From an uncultured Deferribacteres bacterium (GTDB lineage Bacteria; Zhuqueibacterota; Zhuqueibacteria; Zhuqueibacterales; Geothermadaptataceae), in contig CAXHAT010000005.1 of NCBI GenBank assembly GCA_964014485.1, positions 95 through 64,094 on the forward strand: 64,000 nt of DNA, written 5' to 3'. The notes under the pieces are model-generated. The model worked only from the letters and a program-made list of their open reading frames with translations. It was not told the origin of the DNA and searched no databases. This document shows, piece by piece, positions 37,797 through 46,806 of the stretch (the stretch's first letter is position 1; each line of letters begins with the position of its first letter). Both the position numbers and the translations under genes were made by a program.

Positions 37797-38885
37797 ATGA
37801 AAAAGCTTATTTATTCCGCGGCCTTGGCCGTCGCCGGGCTGATGGCGATTGGTACAACCTACAACGTCGCGGATACGGCGTGTATTGTTTTCCCGCAAAA
37901 CGGTAGAGACATTTTCGGATTGGCGCAGCGCAATATTTACGTCATTGATGGAAATCGCGTCTCTTTTATTCCACAGCTCAATTTTGAAGGCGACGCTGAA
38001 GATTTCGGTATTTTGGTGCCCGTGCCCAGCCTGCCGGAACTATCTACGGTGAATGCGCAGGTTTTTTCCGAAGCCAGTTTCTTAACCCAGCCTTTAGTGC
38101 GCAGTTCGGGGCAAGGCTGCGGCTGCGATGATGATTCCAACGTTTTTTTGGCCTTCCCGGATGAAGCACGTTTCTCCGCTGAAGACGGCGCTATCGTAGC
38201 GGACGACGGCGTGAACATCATTTTTGAAGAAGTTGTGGGCGCTTATAACGCGACGGTTTTGCAAGCCAACAATCCCGGCGCTTTGACTGTTTGGCTGCAA
38301 GAAAACGGCTACCAGTACGAACTTGCAGATTCCAGCGTCTTGGCTGAATATGTTCAGGACAACTGGTTTTTCGTCGCCATGCAGCTCGACCCGTCGCAGG
38401 TTCCGCAATTCGTTGATCGCTGGTGGAGTGCGACAACCTCTCCGGCAAAAATCAGCTTTACGTACGATCAGGCAGAGTTGCGCTACCCGCTCAAAGCCAC
38501 TTCAATCAGCACCGGCGAAAAAGCCGAAGTGTTGATTTACACAATCAGCGATAAGCCCATGCGTTTTGACGGGGCCGAGGTTGAGTATGCGAACGAAATT
38601 GACGGCGCGGAAGCGGATATTATTGCCGGTCGTTATCCCGGACTTTATGATTTTATCTCGACCGGAAGCTTCGTGACCAAGCTGCGAAAGGATTTCAGAC
38701 GTTCTGAAATGGATCAGGATTTTATGATTTCTCCAAGCGAAGATCGGCGAGAATTTCGCGAAATCGTTTACATTGATAACGCCGGCTTTCAATTAAGCGG
38801 CTTGATTTTGCTCGTACTGCTGATCAAATTACGTCGTCGTTTTTTCGCAGGTGAAGTCAATCGCGATGCTGGAAAATCAGTTTAG
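37797..38885 (+). CDS. DUF2330-like secreted protein with C-terminal membrane anchor
   Basis: I chose the ATG at 37797, preceded by ggagaga. It has a signal peptide. The block ACIVFPQ...NRVSFIPQLNFEGDAEDFGILVPVPSLPEL...VFSEASFLTQP parallels the DUF2330 N-terminal pattern (CGxF...,..EDFAxVVPVP). C-terminal TM: LSGLILLVLLIKL. Confidence 0.5.
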   Translation: MKKLIYSAALAVAGLMAIGTTYNVADTACIVFPQNGRDIFGLAQRNIYVIDGNRVSFIPQLNFEGDAEDFGILVPVPSLPELSTVNAQVFSEASFLTQPLVRSSGQGCGCDDDSNVFLAFPDEARFSAEDGAIVADDGVNIIFEEVVGAYNATVLQANNPGALTVWLQENGYQYELADSSVLAEYVQDNWFFVAMQLDPSQVPQFVDRWWSATTSPAKISFTYDQAELRYPLKATSISTGEKAEVLIYTISDKPMRFDGAEVEYANEIDGAEADIIAGRYPGLYDFISTGSFVTKLRKDFRRSEMDQDFMISPSEDRREFREIVYIDNAGFQLSGLILLVLLIKLRRRFFAGEVNRDAGKSV

Positions 38886-39086
38886 CTTGTCCATCAATTT
38901 TCCCACGTAAAAAAACCTAAAGCGGTGTTGAGACCGGACAACAAAAATCAAAACTGGCCTGTCTCATACCGCTTGTTTCTCGCCTTGAAACCACGCGTCT
39001 CTTTCCCGCTGCTTAGCTCAAAAAGCATGTTCCCGGTTTCTAACTTTGCTTCTCAATTGCTGGACATATCAGCTTCAAACGTCGTT

Positions 39087-39105
39087 TTGCACAGAGATTG
39101 TGCAA
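39087..39105. promoter_or_regulatory. candidate enhancer (UAS) palindrome for a bacterial enhancer-binding protein
   Basis: TTGCACA-gagat-TGTGCAA is a perfect inverted repeat. It resembles NtrC-type TGCACC-N-GGTGCA sites and lies ~115 bp upstream of the sigma54-like element at 39217. Confidence 0.35.
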
Positions 39106-39216
39106 GAAATGTCACAGTTATGTCCGTTCTTGGTAAAATGTCGTTGTTCATTTGATGCGCTAAGCTATTGTTTTGTAAAATTCTAAGATGGGTTTGTCTG
39201 CTGCACGAATGTTTGC

Positions 39217-39232
39217 TGGCACAAGGTTAGCA
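39217..39232 (+). promoter_or_regulatory. sigma54-like (-24/-12) promoter upstream of SusC
   Basis: TGGCACaaggtTAGCA has GG and GC at the canonical spacing. The -24 half is perfect and the -12 half is TaGCA. It would give a ~290-nt leader before the ATG at 39524. Confidence 0.4.
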
Positions 39233-39523
39233 GTTGGCAGACGCGTCTGATTTTCCGCCCTAAGCACAGACGGTTGGCGCGTTTACGGCGGGAAAGCTCA
39301 AGGTTTATTTTCATGGATTGCTCTGTCCATGGTTCTCTTGGCTGACCAACAGCGTTTCCGCTTGTTGCTCCTTGTGAAAACGCTGTTGGAATTAATTCAT
39401 TGGATTTAGGATAAGTTGGCTCAATCGACGTTTGTGCGACGTTTATCGAAGTGTTGCATATCGTCTGTGGGCGGGATTGTCCTGTTCCTCAAACTCATGG
39501 TTCTCTTAGTGGAAGGAGGAGCT

Positions 39524-42500
39524 ATGTTTAAAAAGTTCTTTTCTATCTCACTGGCAAGCTTGCTCGTACTCTTTGCCTCAGTTGCGTTTGCTCAAGATGC
39601 AACGGTCGCAGGGACGGTTAACGATGAAGCTGGCGAAGCGCTAGTAGGCGCAAACGTCTTCCTGGAAGGCACAAACCTAGGGGCCGCAACTGATGAGAAT
39701 GGTTCTTATCGGTTTGTTGTCGCCGCATCTTATGTCAGAGGTCAAGAAGTTAAGATTACGGCTCGCTTCATTGGCTACAGGCACAAGACGGAACGCGTCA
39801 CTTTGAATCCGGGGAATATCAACCTGGACTTTGCTTTGGCGGAAGACGTCTTGAAAATGGACGCCATTGTTGTTACTGGAGTTGTTGACGAGACTCCAAA
39901 AACAAAATTGGCATTTTCCGTAGCTTCGGTCGACCAGGAAGCATTAGAGCATGCTCCCGCCGGTTCTCCTGAAGCGGCGCTGCGCGGCAAGGTCGCCGGC
40001 GTTAAAGTCGTTCGAGGCAGCGGCCAGCCAGGCTCTGAAGCTTCTGTGCTGCTGAGAGCGCCAATCATGATCAATGCATCAGGACGTTCTCAGGATCCGC
40101 TGTACATTGTTGACGGCGTGATCATTGACCCATCCGTTTCCGGCAGCCCCTTGTCGGATATTCCAACCGAAGACATCGAAAGTATGGAAGTTGTAAAAGG
40201 CGCAGCGGGCGCTTCGCTTTACGGCTCTCGTGCGGCTAACGGCGTTGTCGTGATTAACACCAAGCGCGGCAACAAGCTTGGCGTTGGACAGACCAAAGTC
40301 CATGTTCGTAATGAGTTCGGTTTTAACTCTCTTGCCAAACAGCTCGATTTGAATGGAAGCCACGCATTTTTGACGGCGTCAACCTCTTACACTGACGCAT
40401 TCGGCAGAAGCGTGACCCCTGGCGATTTTGTTGACGGCGAAGGCAATTGGGTCGATCCGCGTTCTACTTCAGGGCGCCTTACGGATAACGTTGCTTGGTC
40501 AAACGATATTTTCTTTGCTGACAAGCCTTTTAAATGGGTCGGCACCGGCACTAACGGTCCTGGCGACGTATTTGGTGTTGTAAGCGGCGATTCTATCGCG
40601 CCAACACTGCTGACGGAGCCGCTCGATGCGTTGGGTCGTTTTTTCGATCCAAGTGATTTTATCAGCAATACGGTCTCTATTAGCCGGAATATGGAAAAGA
40701 CCAACTTCTTGGTCAGTTTCGGCAACAACACCGAGTCAGGCGTTATTGACGGAATCGATGGATTCAACCGGAAAACCGCGAGAATCAACCTCGATCACAA
40801 ATTCGGCAATGATTTGACTGTCGGCGTTTCTACATTGATTAGTCAATCTGAACGTGACGTTGCCGGTAATGATAACAATGACGGCTTTAGCGGCGGCGGC
40901 GCCAACCCGTTCTTTGCTCTTACTTTCATGTCTCCGGAAGTAGACTTGAGTCTAAGAGATGAACGCGGTTTTTATATTGTTGCTCCGAATCCGGTCGCCT
41001 TGGAAGACAATCCTCTGATTTCTCTCCTTGAATATGATCGACTGGATTCTCGGAAACGGATTCTTGGCAGTATCACCTCACGCTGGGCGCCGACGAATTC
41101 CTTCAACCTTGAAGGTGCGTTTAGCTATGATCGCTCAGATCGTACCGGTTTTAATTTCCAGCCAAAGGGCATTCCGACTGAAGGCCAGCCTGGCGGTATC
41201 CCCGGACGGATGTTGAAAGGCGGCGCTATTGATGAGGCGTTGAACGGTAGCGTTACTGCACAATTCTCTCGTGCGTTCAACGATTTGACCGTACGCACGA
41301 AAGCGCAAGGTTTGTTCGAGCGCACCACGCGCGAATCCTTCTTCGGTGAAGGCGAAATCTTCGCGACTGGCGGCATTCGCAACATCGGCTCTACGCAAGT
41401 TCAGGACGCAGGCTCCGGCGAATCGGACATCCGCTCTACTGGTTATTCGTTGATCAGTGCGTTCGACTACAAAGATCGTTACATTGTAGACTTTCTTGTC
41501 CGTCGTGACGGCAGTTCGCTTTTTGGCTCCGACGAAAGATGGGCAACTTACTATCGCGCAAGCGGCGCCTACCGCTTGTCTCAGGAGAGCTGGTGGTTCT
41601 TGCCTGCTTTTGAAGAATTCAAGATTCGCGGTTCTTACGGCACCGCCGGCGGTCGCCCGAACTTCAGCGCACGCTTCGAAACCTGGAGCGTAACCGGCTC
41701 CGGTCAGGTGGTTAAGGGCAACTTGGGTAACAAAGAACTCAAGCCTGAATTCTCCAAAGAATTGGAACTCGGCGTTGACTTCACTTTCTTGAATCGTTTC
41801 TCAGTTGAAGCAAGCTACGTCGACGTTCAGACTGAAGATCAGCTTCTGTTTGCTCCGCTTCCGGGCTATGCTGGATACAACGCACGCTGGATCAACGGCG
41901 GTACGCTGGATTCAAAAATCTGGGAAGCCAGTTTGAATGCTTCTCTGAAGCAAACCAGAGACTTTAGCTGGACTGCAGGATTCAATTTTGATCGTACGCG
42001 CTCCACGCTGTCGCAAATTGACGTTCCGGCATACAGCGTCTCATATTTCCGCATCGTTGAAGGCGACGCATTTGGCACCTTCTATGGCGATAAGTGGGTC
42101 ACAGACGTTAGCGAACTGAACCCAGGTCTGCCTGCTGACGAGTTCCAGGTCAACGATGACGGTTATCTCGTTTGGGTTGGCTCAGGCAACACTTACACGG
42201 ACGGTATCAGCAATGAGCTCTGGGGAACCAGCGCTGATTTTACCGATAGCAACGGCAACACCCGTAATTATCGCTGGGGTATTCCGATCAAGGCTCAAAC
42301 GTTGAACGAAGACGGAACCATCAACGAAAACCATCCGATTGGCGATTCCACTCCAGACTTCAACCTCAGTTTCACCAACACTCTTCGCTGGAAAGGTCTG
42401 ACTTTCTATGGTCTGCTCGATGCACAGATTGGCGGCGACGTTTACTCCAACACGATTCAGTGGGGTAACCGCGACAATCAGTACGGCGAAACCGATCAAG

Positions 42501-42853
42501 CAGGCAAGCCTGAAGGTATGAAGAAGCCTATCCTTTATTACCAGATTCTTTATGATGTAAACGCTGGCAACAGCCACTACATCGAAAGCGGCGAATATCT
42601 CAAGCTCCGCGAGTTGTCTCTGCGGTATAAATTCAATCGCAAGCAGCTTTCTGGTCTTTTCGGCGGCTTGTTCCAGAGCCTGACGTTCGGCGTCGTTGGC
42701 CGCAACCTGTTGACTTGGTCTGACTTCAGAGGCTATGATCCTGAAGTTGGGCTTAGCGGCGGTTCCATCGGCAGCGCTGTTGTTGGTCGCGTCGATGCGT
42801 TCGGTTATCCGAACTTCAGAACCTTCTCAGGCCTGTTGGAATTCGAGTTTTAG
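39524..42853 (+). CDS. SusC/RagA-family TonB-dependent outer-membrane transporter
   Basis: I chose the ATG at 39524, preceded by ggaaggagga. Signal peptide: LLVLFASVAFAQ. Carboxypeptidase-regulatory-like N-domain: TVAGTVNDEAGEALVGANVFLEGTNLGAATDENGSYRF. The plug carries IESMEVVKGAAGASLYGSRAANGVVVINTKRG. A long barrel ends in LLEFEF. Confidence 0.9.
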   Translation: MFKKFFSISLASLLVLFASVAFAQDATVAGTVNDEAGEALVGANVFLEGTNLGAATDENGSYRFVVAASYVRGQEVKITARFIGYRHKTERVTLNPGNINLDFALAEDVLKMDAIVVTGVVDETPKTKLAFSVASVDQEALEHAPAGSPEAALRGKVAGVKVVRGSGQPGSEASVLLRAPIMINASGRSQDPLYIVDGVIIDPSVSGSPLSDIPTEDIESMEVVKGAAGASLYGSRAANGVVVINTKRGNKLGVGQTKVHVRNEFGFNSLAKQLDLNGSHAFLTASTSYTDAFGRSVTPGDFVDGEGNWVDPRSTSGRLTDNVAWSNDIFFADKPFKWVGTGTNGPGDVFGVVSGDSIAPTLLTEPLDALGRFFDPSDFISNTVSISRNMEKTNFLVSFGNNTESGVIDGIDGFNRKTARINLDHKFGNDLTVGVSTLISQSERDVAGNDNNDGFSGGGANPFFALTFMSPEVDLSLRDERGFYIVAPNPVALEDNPLISLLEYDRLDSRKRILGSITSRWAPTNSFNLEGAFSYDRSDRTGFNFQPKGIPTEGQPGGIPGRMLKGGAIDEALNGSVTAQFSRAFNDLTVRTKAQGLFERTTRESFFGEGEIFATGGIRNIGSTQVQDAGSGESDIRSTGYSLISAFDYKDRYIVDFLVRRDGSSLFGSDERWATYYRASGAYRLSQESWWFLPAFEEFKIRGSYGTAGGRPNFSARFETWSVTGSGQVVKGNLGNKELKPEFSKELELGVDFTFLNRFSVEASYVDVQTEDQLLFAPLPGYAGYNARWINGGTLDSKIWEASLNASLKQTRDFSWTAGFNFDRTRSTLSQIDVPAYSVSYFRIVEGDAFGTFYGDKWVTDVSELNPGLPADEFQVNDDGYLVWVGSGNTYTDGISNELWGTSADFTDSNGNTRNYRWGIPIKAQTLNEDGTINENHPIGDSTPDFNLSFTNTLRWKGLTFYGLLDAQIGGDVYSNTIQWGNRDNQYGETDQAGKPEGMKKPILYYQILYDVNAGNSHYIESGEYLKLRELSLRYKFNRKQLSGLFGGLFQSLTFGVVGRNLLTWSDFRGYDPEVGLSGGSIGSAVVGRVDAFGYPNFRTFSGLLEFEF

Positions 42854-42989
42854 TCACGCTTTTTGAAAAGCATTCGAATCTTTTGCACGCGTAAACTTCA
42901 TAAAGCTTACGCGTGCGATTTCGGTTCGTAATATGAGCGAAGAGTCGATGAGATTTTTCGTCTTGGAATTTCAGTGGAGGAATTAAAAT

Positions 42990-44588
42990 ATGAAAAACAA
43001 GATTTTTAAAATCACCGTTCTTAGCCTTTTGCTAGCCTTTGCGGGCATGGCGACTTATGGCTGTCAGGAACTGGAAACCGTCAACGTCAACAGTCCGGAT
43101 GAGGCGCGTGCGCTTCAAAATCCGGAGGATGTTGAAGCTTTGATCGCCGGCGCCTATTTTAGCTGGTTTACGGCCGTTTTTAACGGCAATCCGATTGAGT
43201 CTTTGGAAACGTCCGCGGACGTTCTTTCATACTCTTGGGGTAACTTTGGCTCACGTGAGCTTTCGTCCGAGCCGAGGGCGGCGATTCCAAATCAAACAAG
43301 CTGGCGTTATCGCGCTTTCGTAAACACGCCTTGGTTTGGTCTGTATGGCGCCATTTCTTCCGCAAACGATGGTCTCCGTGCAATTGACGGCGGCCTTGAG
43401 ATTGAAGAACTGGCTCGTGCACGTGCATTTGCCAAGTTCAATCAGGGAATTTCCCATGCGATGTTGGCAATACTTTTTGACCAGGCCTTCATCTTTGATG
43501 AAACGATTGATCTTGAAACCGCTGACCTTCAGCTTTCGGATTACAACGCAGTTTTCGCTGCGGCCAAAACTCAGTTGGAAGAAGCGATTTCGATAATGGA
43601 AAGCAATAGCTTTACCCTGCCTGGAACATGGATTATCGGGACGTCTTACTCAAGCGCTGAGCTTGCGCAACTGACGCACACCTTGTTGGCAAAATTCATG
43701 ACGATGGTTCCGAGGGATGCGGCTGCACGCTCCGCGGTCAATTGGAACGAAGTGCTTTCTCATATCGATCGCGGGATCACCGAAGATTTTGTTATGATCG
43801 ATCAGGAAGCGGAATGGTGGAATTCGTTGCCTTGGTACCACTCGAGAGCGTCAAGCACGACTTGGGGACGCGGCGACTACAAAATGATTGGCCCGTCTGA
43901 CCGCTCCAGCGGCTACCAGGACTGGTTGAGCACGCCAACTTCCGCACGAGATGATTTCGAAATGGACACGGCTGACTTGCGCATCTGGGATCAAACCCGC
44001 GACGACAGCGGTAATCAGAACCCTGGCTTGTACTATGATAACAGAGGCGCAGCGCGCTTCCCGCCGGATCGCGGCACCTACCATCACTCAATGTACTCCA
44101 ACCACCGCTGGCCGGATTATCAGGCAAGCAGCGGCAACGGCCCAATGACGATCATTTTGGCCGTTGAAATGGATTTCTTGCGCGCCGAAGCTCTGTTACA
44201 CACGGGCGGCAGCTTGCAGGAAGTTGTTGATATTATCAACGCAACGCGCGTTGTCAACGGCGGCCTCGAAGCGGCTGACGTATCTGACGGCGCCGGCAGC
44301 ATGAGCGATACCCGTGCAGCTTTGAAGCCTGCTTCCTTGTGGGGCATGCTGAAGTATGAAAAAGCCATCGAAACGACTTTGACTTTCGTCGCTACGCAAT
44401 TCTGCGACGCCAGAGGTTGGGGCGACCTGACCGGCGGCACCTTCACGCAGCTTCCGATTCCTGCACAGGAATTGGAAACCTTGCAGCTCGCGACCTATAC
44501 TTTTGGCGGCAGCGGCCCTGGCTCTGCACCAAAACAACATAAAGACAGAGTCAGATTGCATAGCTCAGAAGCTTCAGGCGTTCACTAA
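42990..44588 (+). CDS. SusD/RagB-family outer-membrane lipoprotein
   Basis: Lipobox: AGMATYGCQ. It sits immediately downstream of SusC. It has the SusD-like helical N-terminal region (ALIAGAYFSWF..., RARAFAKFNQGISHAMLAILFDQAF) and is 532 aa long. Confidence 0.8.
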   Translation: MKNKIFKITVLSLLLAFAGMATYGCQELETVNVNSPDEARALQNPEDVEALIAGAYFSWFTAVFNGNPIESLETSADVLSYSWGNFGSRELSSEPRAAIPNQTSWRYRAFVNTPWFGLYGAISSANDGLRAIDGGLEIEELARARAFAKFNQGISHAMLAILFDQAFIFDETIDLETADLQLSDYNAVFAAAKTQLEEAISIMESNSFTLPGTWIIGTSYSSAELAQLTHTLLAKFMTMVPRDAAARSAVNWNEVLSHIDRGITEDFVMIDQEAEWWNSLPWYHSRASSTTWGRGDYKMIGPSDRSSGYQDWLSTPTSARDDFEMDTADLRIWDQTRDDSGNQNPGLYYDNRGAARFPPDRGTYHHSMYSNHRWPDYQASSGNGPMTIILAVEMDFLRAEALLHTGGSLQEVVDIINATRVVNGGLEAADVSDGAGSMSDTRAALKPASLWGMLKYEKAIETTLTFVATQFCDARGWGDLTGGTFTQLPIPAQELETLQLATYTFGGSGPGSAPKQHKDRVRLHSSEASGVH

Positions 44589-44622
44589 TCCGCGTTTGAC
44601 TTTCTGACAAATCTTTCTTAGT

Positions 44623-44662
44623 AAAGGCTGTCTCAATTTTTTGAGACAGCCTTTGTTTTTTG
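44623..44662 (+). terminator. rho-independent terminator after SusD
   Basis: aaaggctgtctcaa tttt ttgagacagccttt is a perfect 14-bp stem. It is followed by gttttttg. Confidence 0.85.
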
Positions 44663-44711
44663 TACTGTCTGATTTACACCTGTTACTTTCTGTCCAGACT
44701 TTTGAAACTGG

Positions 44712-44889
44712 TGAAAAAGTCCGGAATTGTCATGCTGGAAGCATCTTTTTTGATCTAACCCTTGAACCTTGAGGCGAATTCTCGCCGGACGATTACAAAG
44801 ATTTTGCTTCGCCGGCCTTCGGCTCTTCAGAATGACAAACCGGGACTTCTCTTCGGTTAAAACAGTAGTTCACAAAAAGTGTCAGGTAA
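44712..44889 (+). mobile_element. MITE-like element, family B, copy B1
   Basis: The inverted arms are gaaaaagtccggaattgtcatgctggaagcatc and cagaatgacaaaccgggacttctc. It shares the 3' tail ...cacaaaaagtgtcaggtaa with copy B2. It ends 35 nt before the cytochrome ATG. Confidence 0.75.
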
Positions 44890-44923
44890 TGAACTGTCCG
44901 AGAATTTTTGTGAACTATTTCAT

Positions 44924-46162
44924 ATGCGCCGAAGTGATTTTTTGCGCTTGTCGCTCATTGGGGCCATTGCCGGAATGCTCAATTTTTCCTTGTCGGCTTG
45001 CTTTCAGCCTTCGGAAGAACAGAAGAACGAAAACACCGATCTGGACGCTTCCGAATGGCTTGGCGAAGCAGTTTACGTTGGCCCGGAAACTTGCGGCGAG
45101 TGTCATGCTGGACGGCTTGAAAAGATCAAGAACACTGCCCATTTTTTGACTGCGAGCGTCCCGACACAGGAAGCGTTCTCTAACAAACTGCCGGCTGAAA
45201 AAACAACCATCCAAACCCGCAACCCCAACTTGCATTTTGAGGTCAGTTCCAGTGACAGCGGCGTCTTTCAGGAAGCCTTCCTCAAACGAAGCGGCGGCAT
45301 AGCAAGGCGGACTGAACGCATCGATTTTGTGATCGGGTCGGGAAAACTTGGACAATCCTACTTGTACTGGCGCGGCAATGCACTCTTTCAATTGCCGATC
45401 TCTCACTTGACCGCAACGAACGAATGGGGTAACAGCCCTGGCTATCCCGACGGGATCGCCGACTTTAATAGAAAAATTTTACCCCGCTGCCTGGAATGCC
45501 ACGCCACATTTTTCGAAGCTGAATCGCACGGCAGCAATCTATACCATAAAGAAAATTATATACTTGGCGTTACCTGTGAACGTTGTCACGGCCCCGGATC
45601 GGAACATGTCGAATTTCACCGCGACAACCCGGACTATGAACAAGCTGCCTATATTCAATATCCTGGAGAATTTGACCGCGACCGCTTGATCGATCTTTGC
45701 TCGCAATGCCACGCCGGACAAGGCGTCGGGATGATGAAACCGCCTTTTTCATACCGCCCGGGAGATGATCTAAAGGAACACATCATCTTGAAGGCTCTCA
45801 AAGCGCAGAGCCAAACGGGCGTTCATGCTGCGAATCAAGTCGCCAGGCTTAGTGAGTCAAAATGCTTTCAAGAAAGCGAGAGTTTGACCTGCATTTCCTG
45901 CCATAATCCCCATCAATTGGAGCGCGGCAAACTAGAGCTTTTTTCGCAACGATGCCAGAAATGTCACGAACCGCAGATTTGCGGCATGTCGCCGAAACTG
46001 GGCGCAAGTATCGAATCCAATTGCATTGATTGCCACATGCCGCGCGCTAAAGATTTGAACATTGATATCCAAACTGTTAGCGGTTTTGAGTTTCCGATTA
46101 TGCGAGATCACGTCATCGGCATTTATCCTGAAATCACGCAGCGTTTTCTCACGCGAAACTAA
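44924..46162 (+). CDS. multiheme c-type cytochrome (7 CXXCH), predicted lipoprotein with twin-arginine-like signal
   Basis: I chose the ATG at 44924. The N-terminus is MRRSDFLRLSLIGAIAGMLNFSLSAC. Seven CXXCH motifs are present: CGECH, CLECH, CERCH, CSQCH, CISCH, CQKCH, CIDCH. Confidence 0.9.
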   Translation: MRRSDFLRLSLIGAIAGMLNFSLSACFQPSEEQKNENTDLDASEWLGEAVYVGPETCGECHAGRLEKIKNTAHFLTASVPTQEAFSNKLPAEKTTIQTRNPNLHFEVSSSDSGVFQEAFLKRSGGIARRTERIDFVIGSGKLGQSYLYWRGNALFQLPISHLTATNEWGNSPGYPDGIADFNRKILPRCLECHATFFEAESHGSNLYHKENYILGVTCERCHGPGSEHVEFHRDNPDYEQAAYIQYPGEFDRDRLIDLCSQCHAGQGVGMMKPPFSYRPGDDLKEHIILKALKAQSQTGVHAANQVARLSESKCFQESESLTCISCHNPHQLERGKLELFSQRCQKCHEPQICGMSPKLGASIESNCIDCHMPRAKDLNIDIQTVSGFEFPIMRDHVIGIYPEITQRFLTRN

Positions 46163-46167
46163 AATTT

Positions 46168-46323
46168 CACCCCTTTCGGGGTTTTGTAAAATATTGTTTT
46201 AACGCTTTATCTATAATCTTTTCACCCCTCCGGGGTTGGTAAGAACAACAAATCCCGAAGGGATGGTAAGATTATAGAAATTAGAGAATGCGCCCATCTC
46301 CACAACCCCGAAGGGGGTGATAT
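46168..46323. repeat. cluster of four short GC hairpins (REP-like) immediately upstream of the Y1 transposase gene
   Basis: The hairpins are acccctttcggggt, cacccctccggggttggtaaga, aatcccgaagggatggtaaga and aaccccgaagggggtga. In addition, ctataatctt (46211-46220) and aagattatag (46268-46277) form an outer inverted repeat around the middle two. Confidence 0.8.
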
Positions 46324-46339
46324 AAACTCAAGGAATCAA

Positions 46340-46801
46340 ATGGCGGGAACATTTTCACAAATTTACATTCAGTCCGTTTTTGCGGTAAAAGGGAGACAAA
46401 ACCTATTACAGAAGCCGTGGCGCAAAGAGGTTTTTAAATACATGTCCGGCATTATAAAAAATAAAGGTCAGAAACCGATTATTGTCAATGGAGTCGAAGA
46501 CCATGTGCATGTTTTCATCGGCCTAAAGCCTTCGGCTTCCATTTCCAGCCTTGTACGCGACATAAAGAACAACACAAGTAAATTCATCAATGAGCAAAAT
46601 TGGCTTGGCGGCAAATTCGCATGGCAAGAAGGATATGGGGCGTTTTCTTATTCGCATTCCCAAATCGACGCTGTCTACAAATATATTCTTAACCAGGAAG
46701 AGCATCATCGGAGAAAAAGTTTCCGAGAAGAGTATCTGAGCTTTCTCAAAAAATTCCAGATTTCCTATGATGAACAATTCTTGTTTGACTGGCTGGATTG
46801 A
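46340..46801 (+). mobile_element. IS200/IS605-type Y1 (HUH) transposase homologue, RAYT-like, single gene
   Basis: 153 aa. HUH motif: DHVHVFIG. Catalytic-Tyr region: WQEGYGAFSYS. The C-terminal NQEEHHRRKSF tail is typical of the REP-associated subgroup. There is no tnpB partner. It is flanked upstream by REP-like hairpins. Confidence 0.85.
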
Positions 46802-46806
46802 TAAAG

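Noticed and set aside
38925-39155. 76-aa ORF in the SusC upstream region.
   Set aside because: It has no RBS and a low-complexity translation. The region is better explained as regulatory DNA (UAS palindrome, sigma54-like promoter).
44769-45149. 126-aa ORF and the 44879 start of the cytochrome ORF.
   Set aside because: The upstream part translates MITE B1. The cytochrome signal peptide begins at the ATG at 44924.
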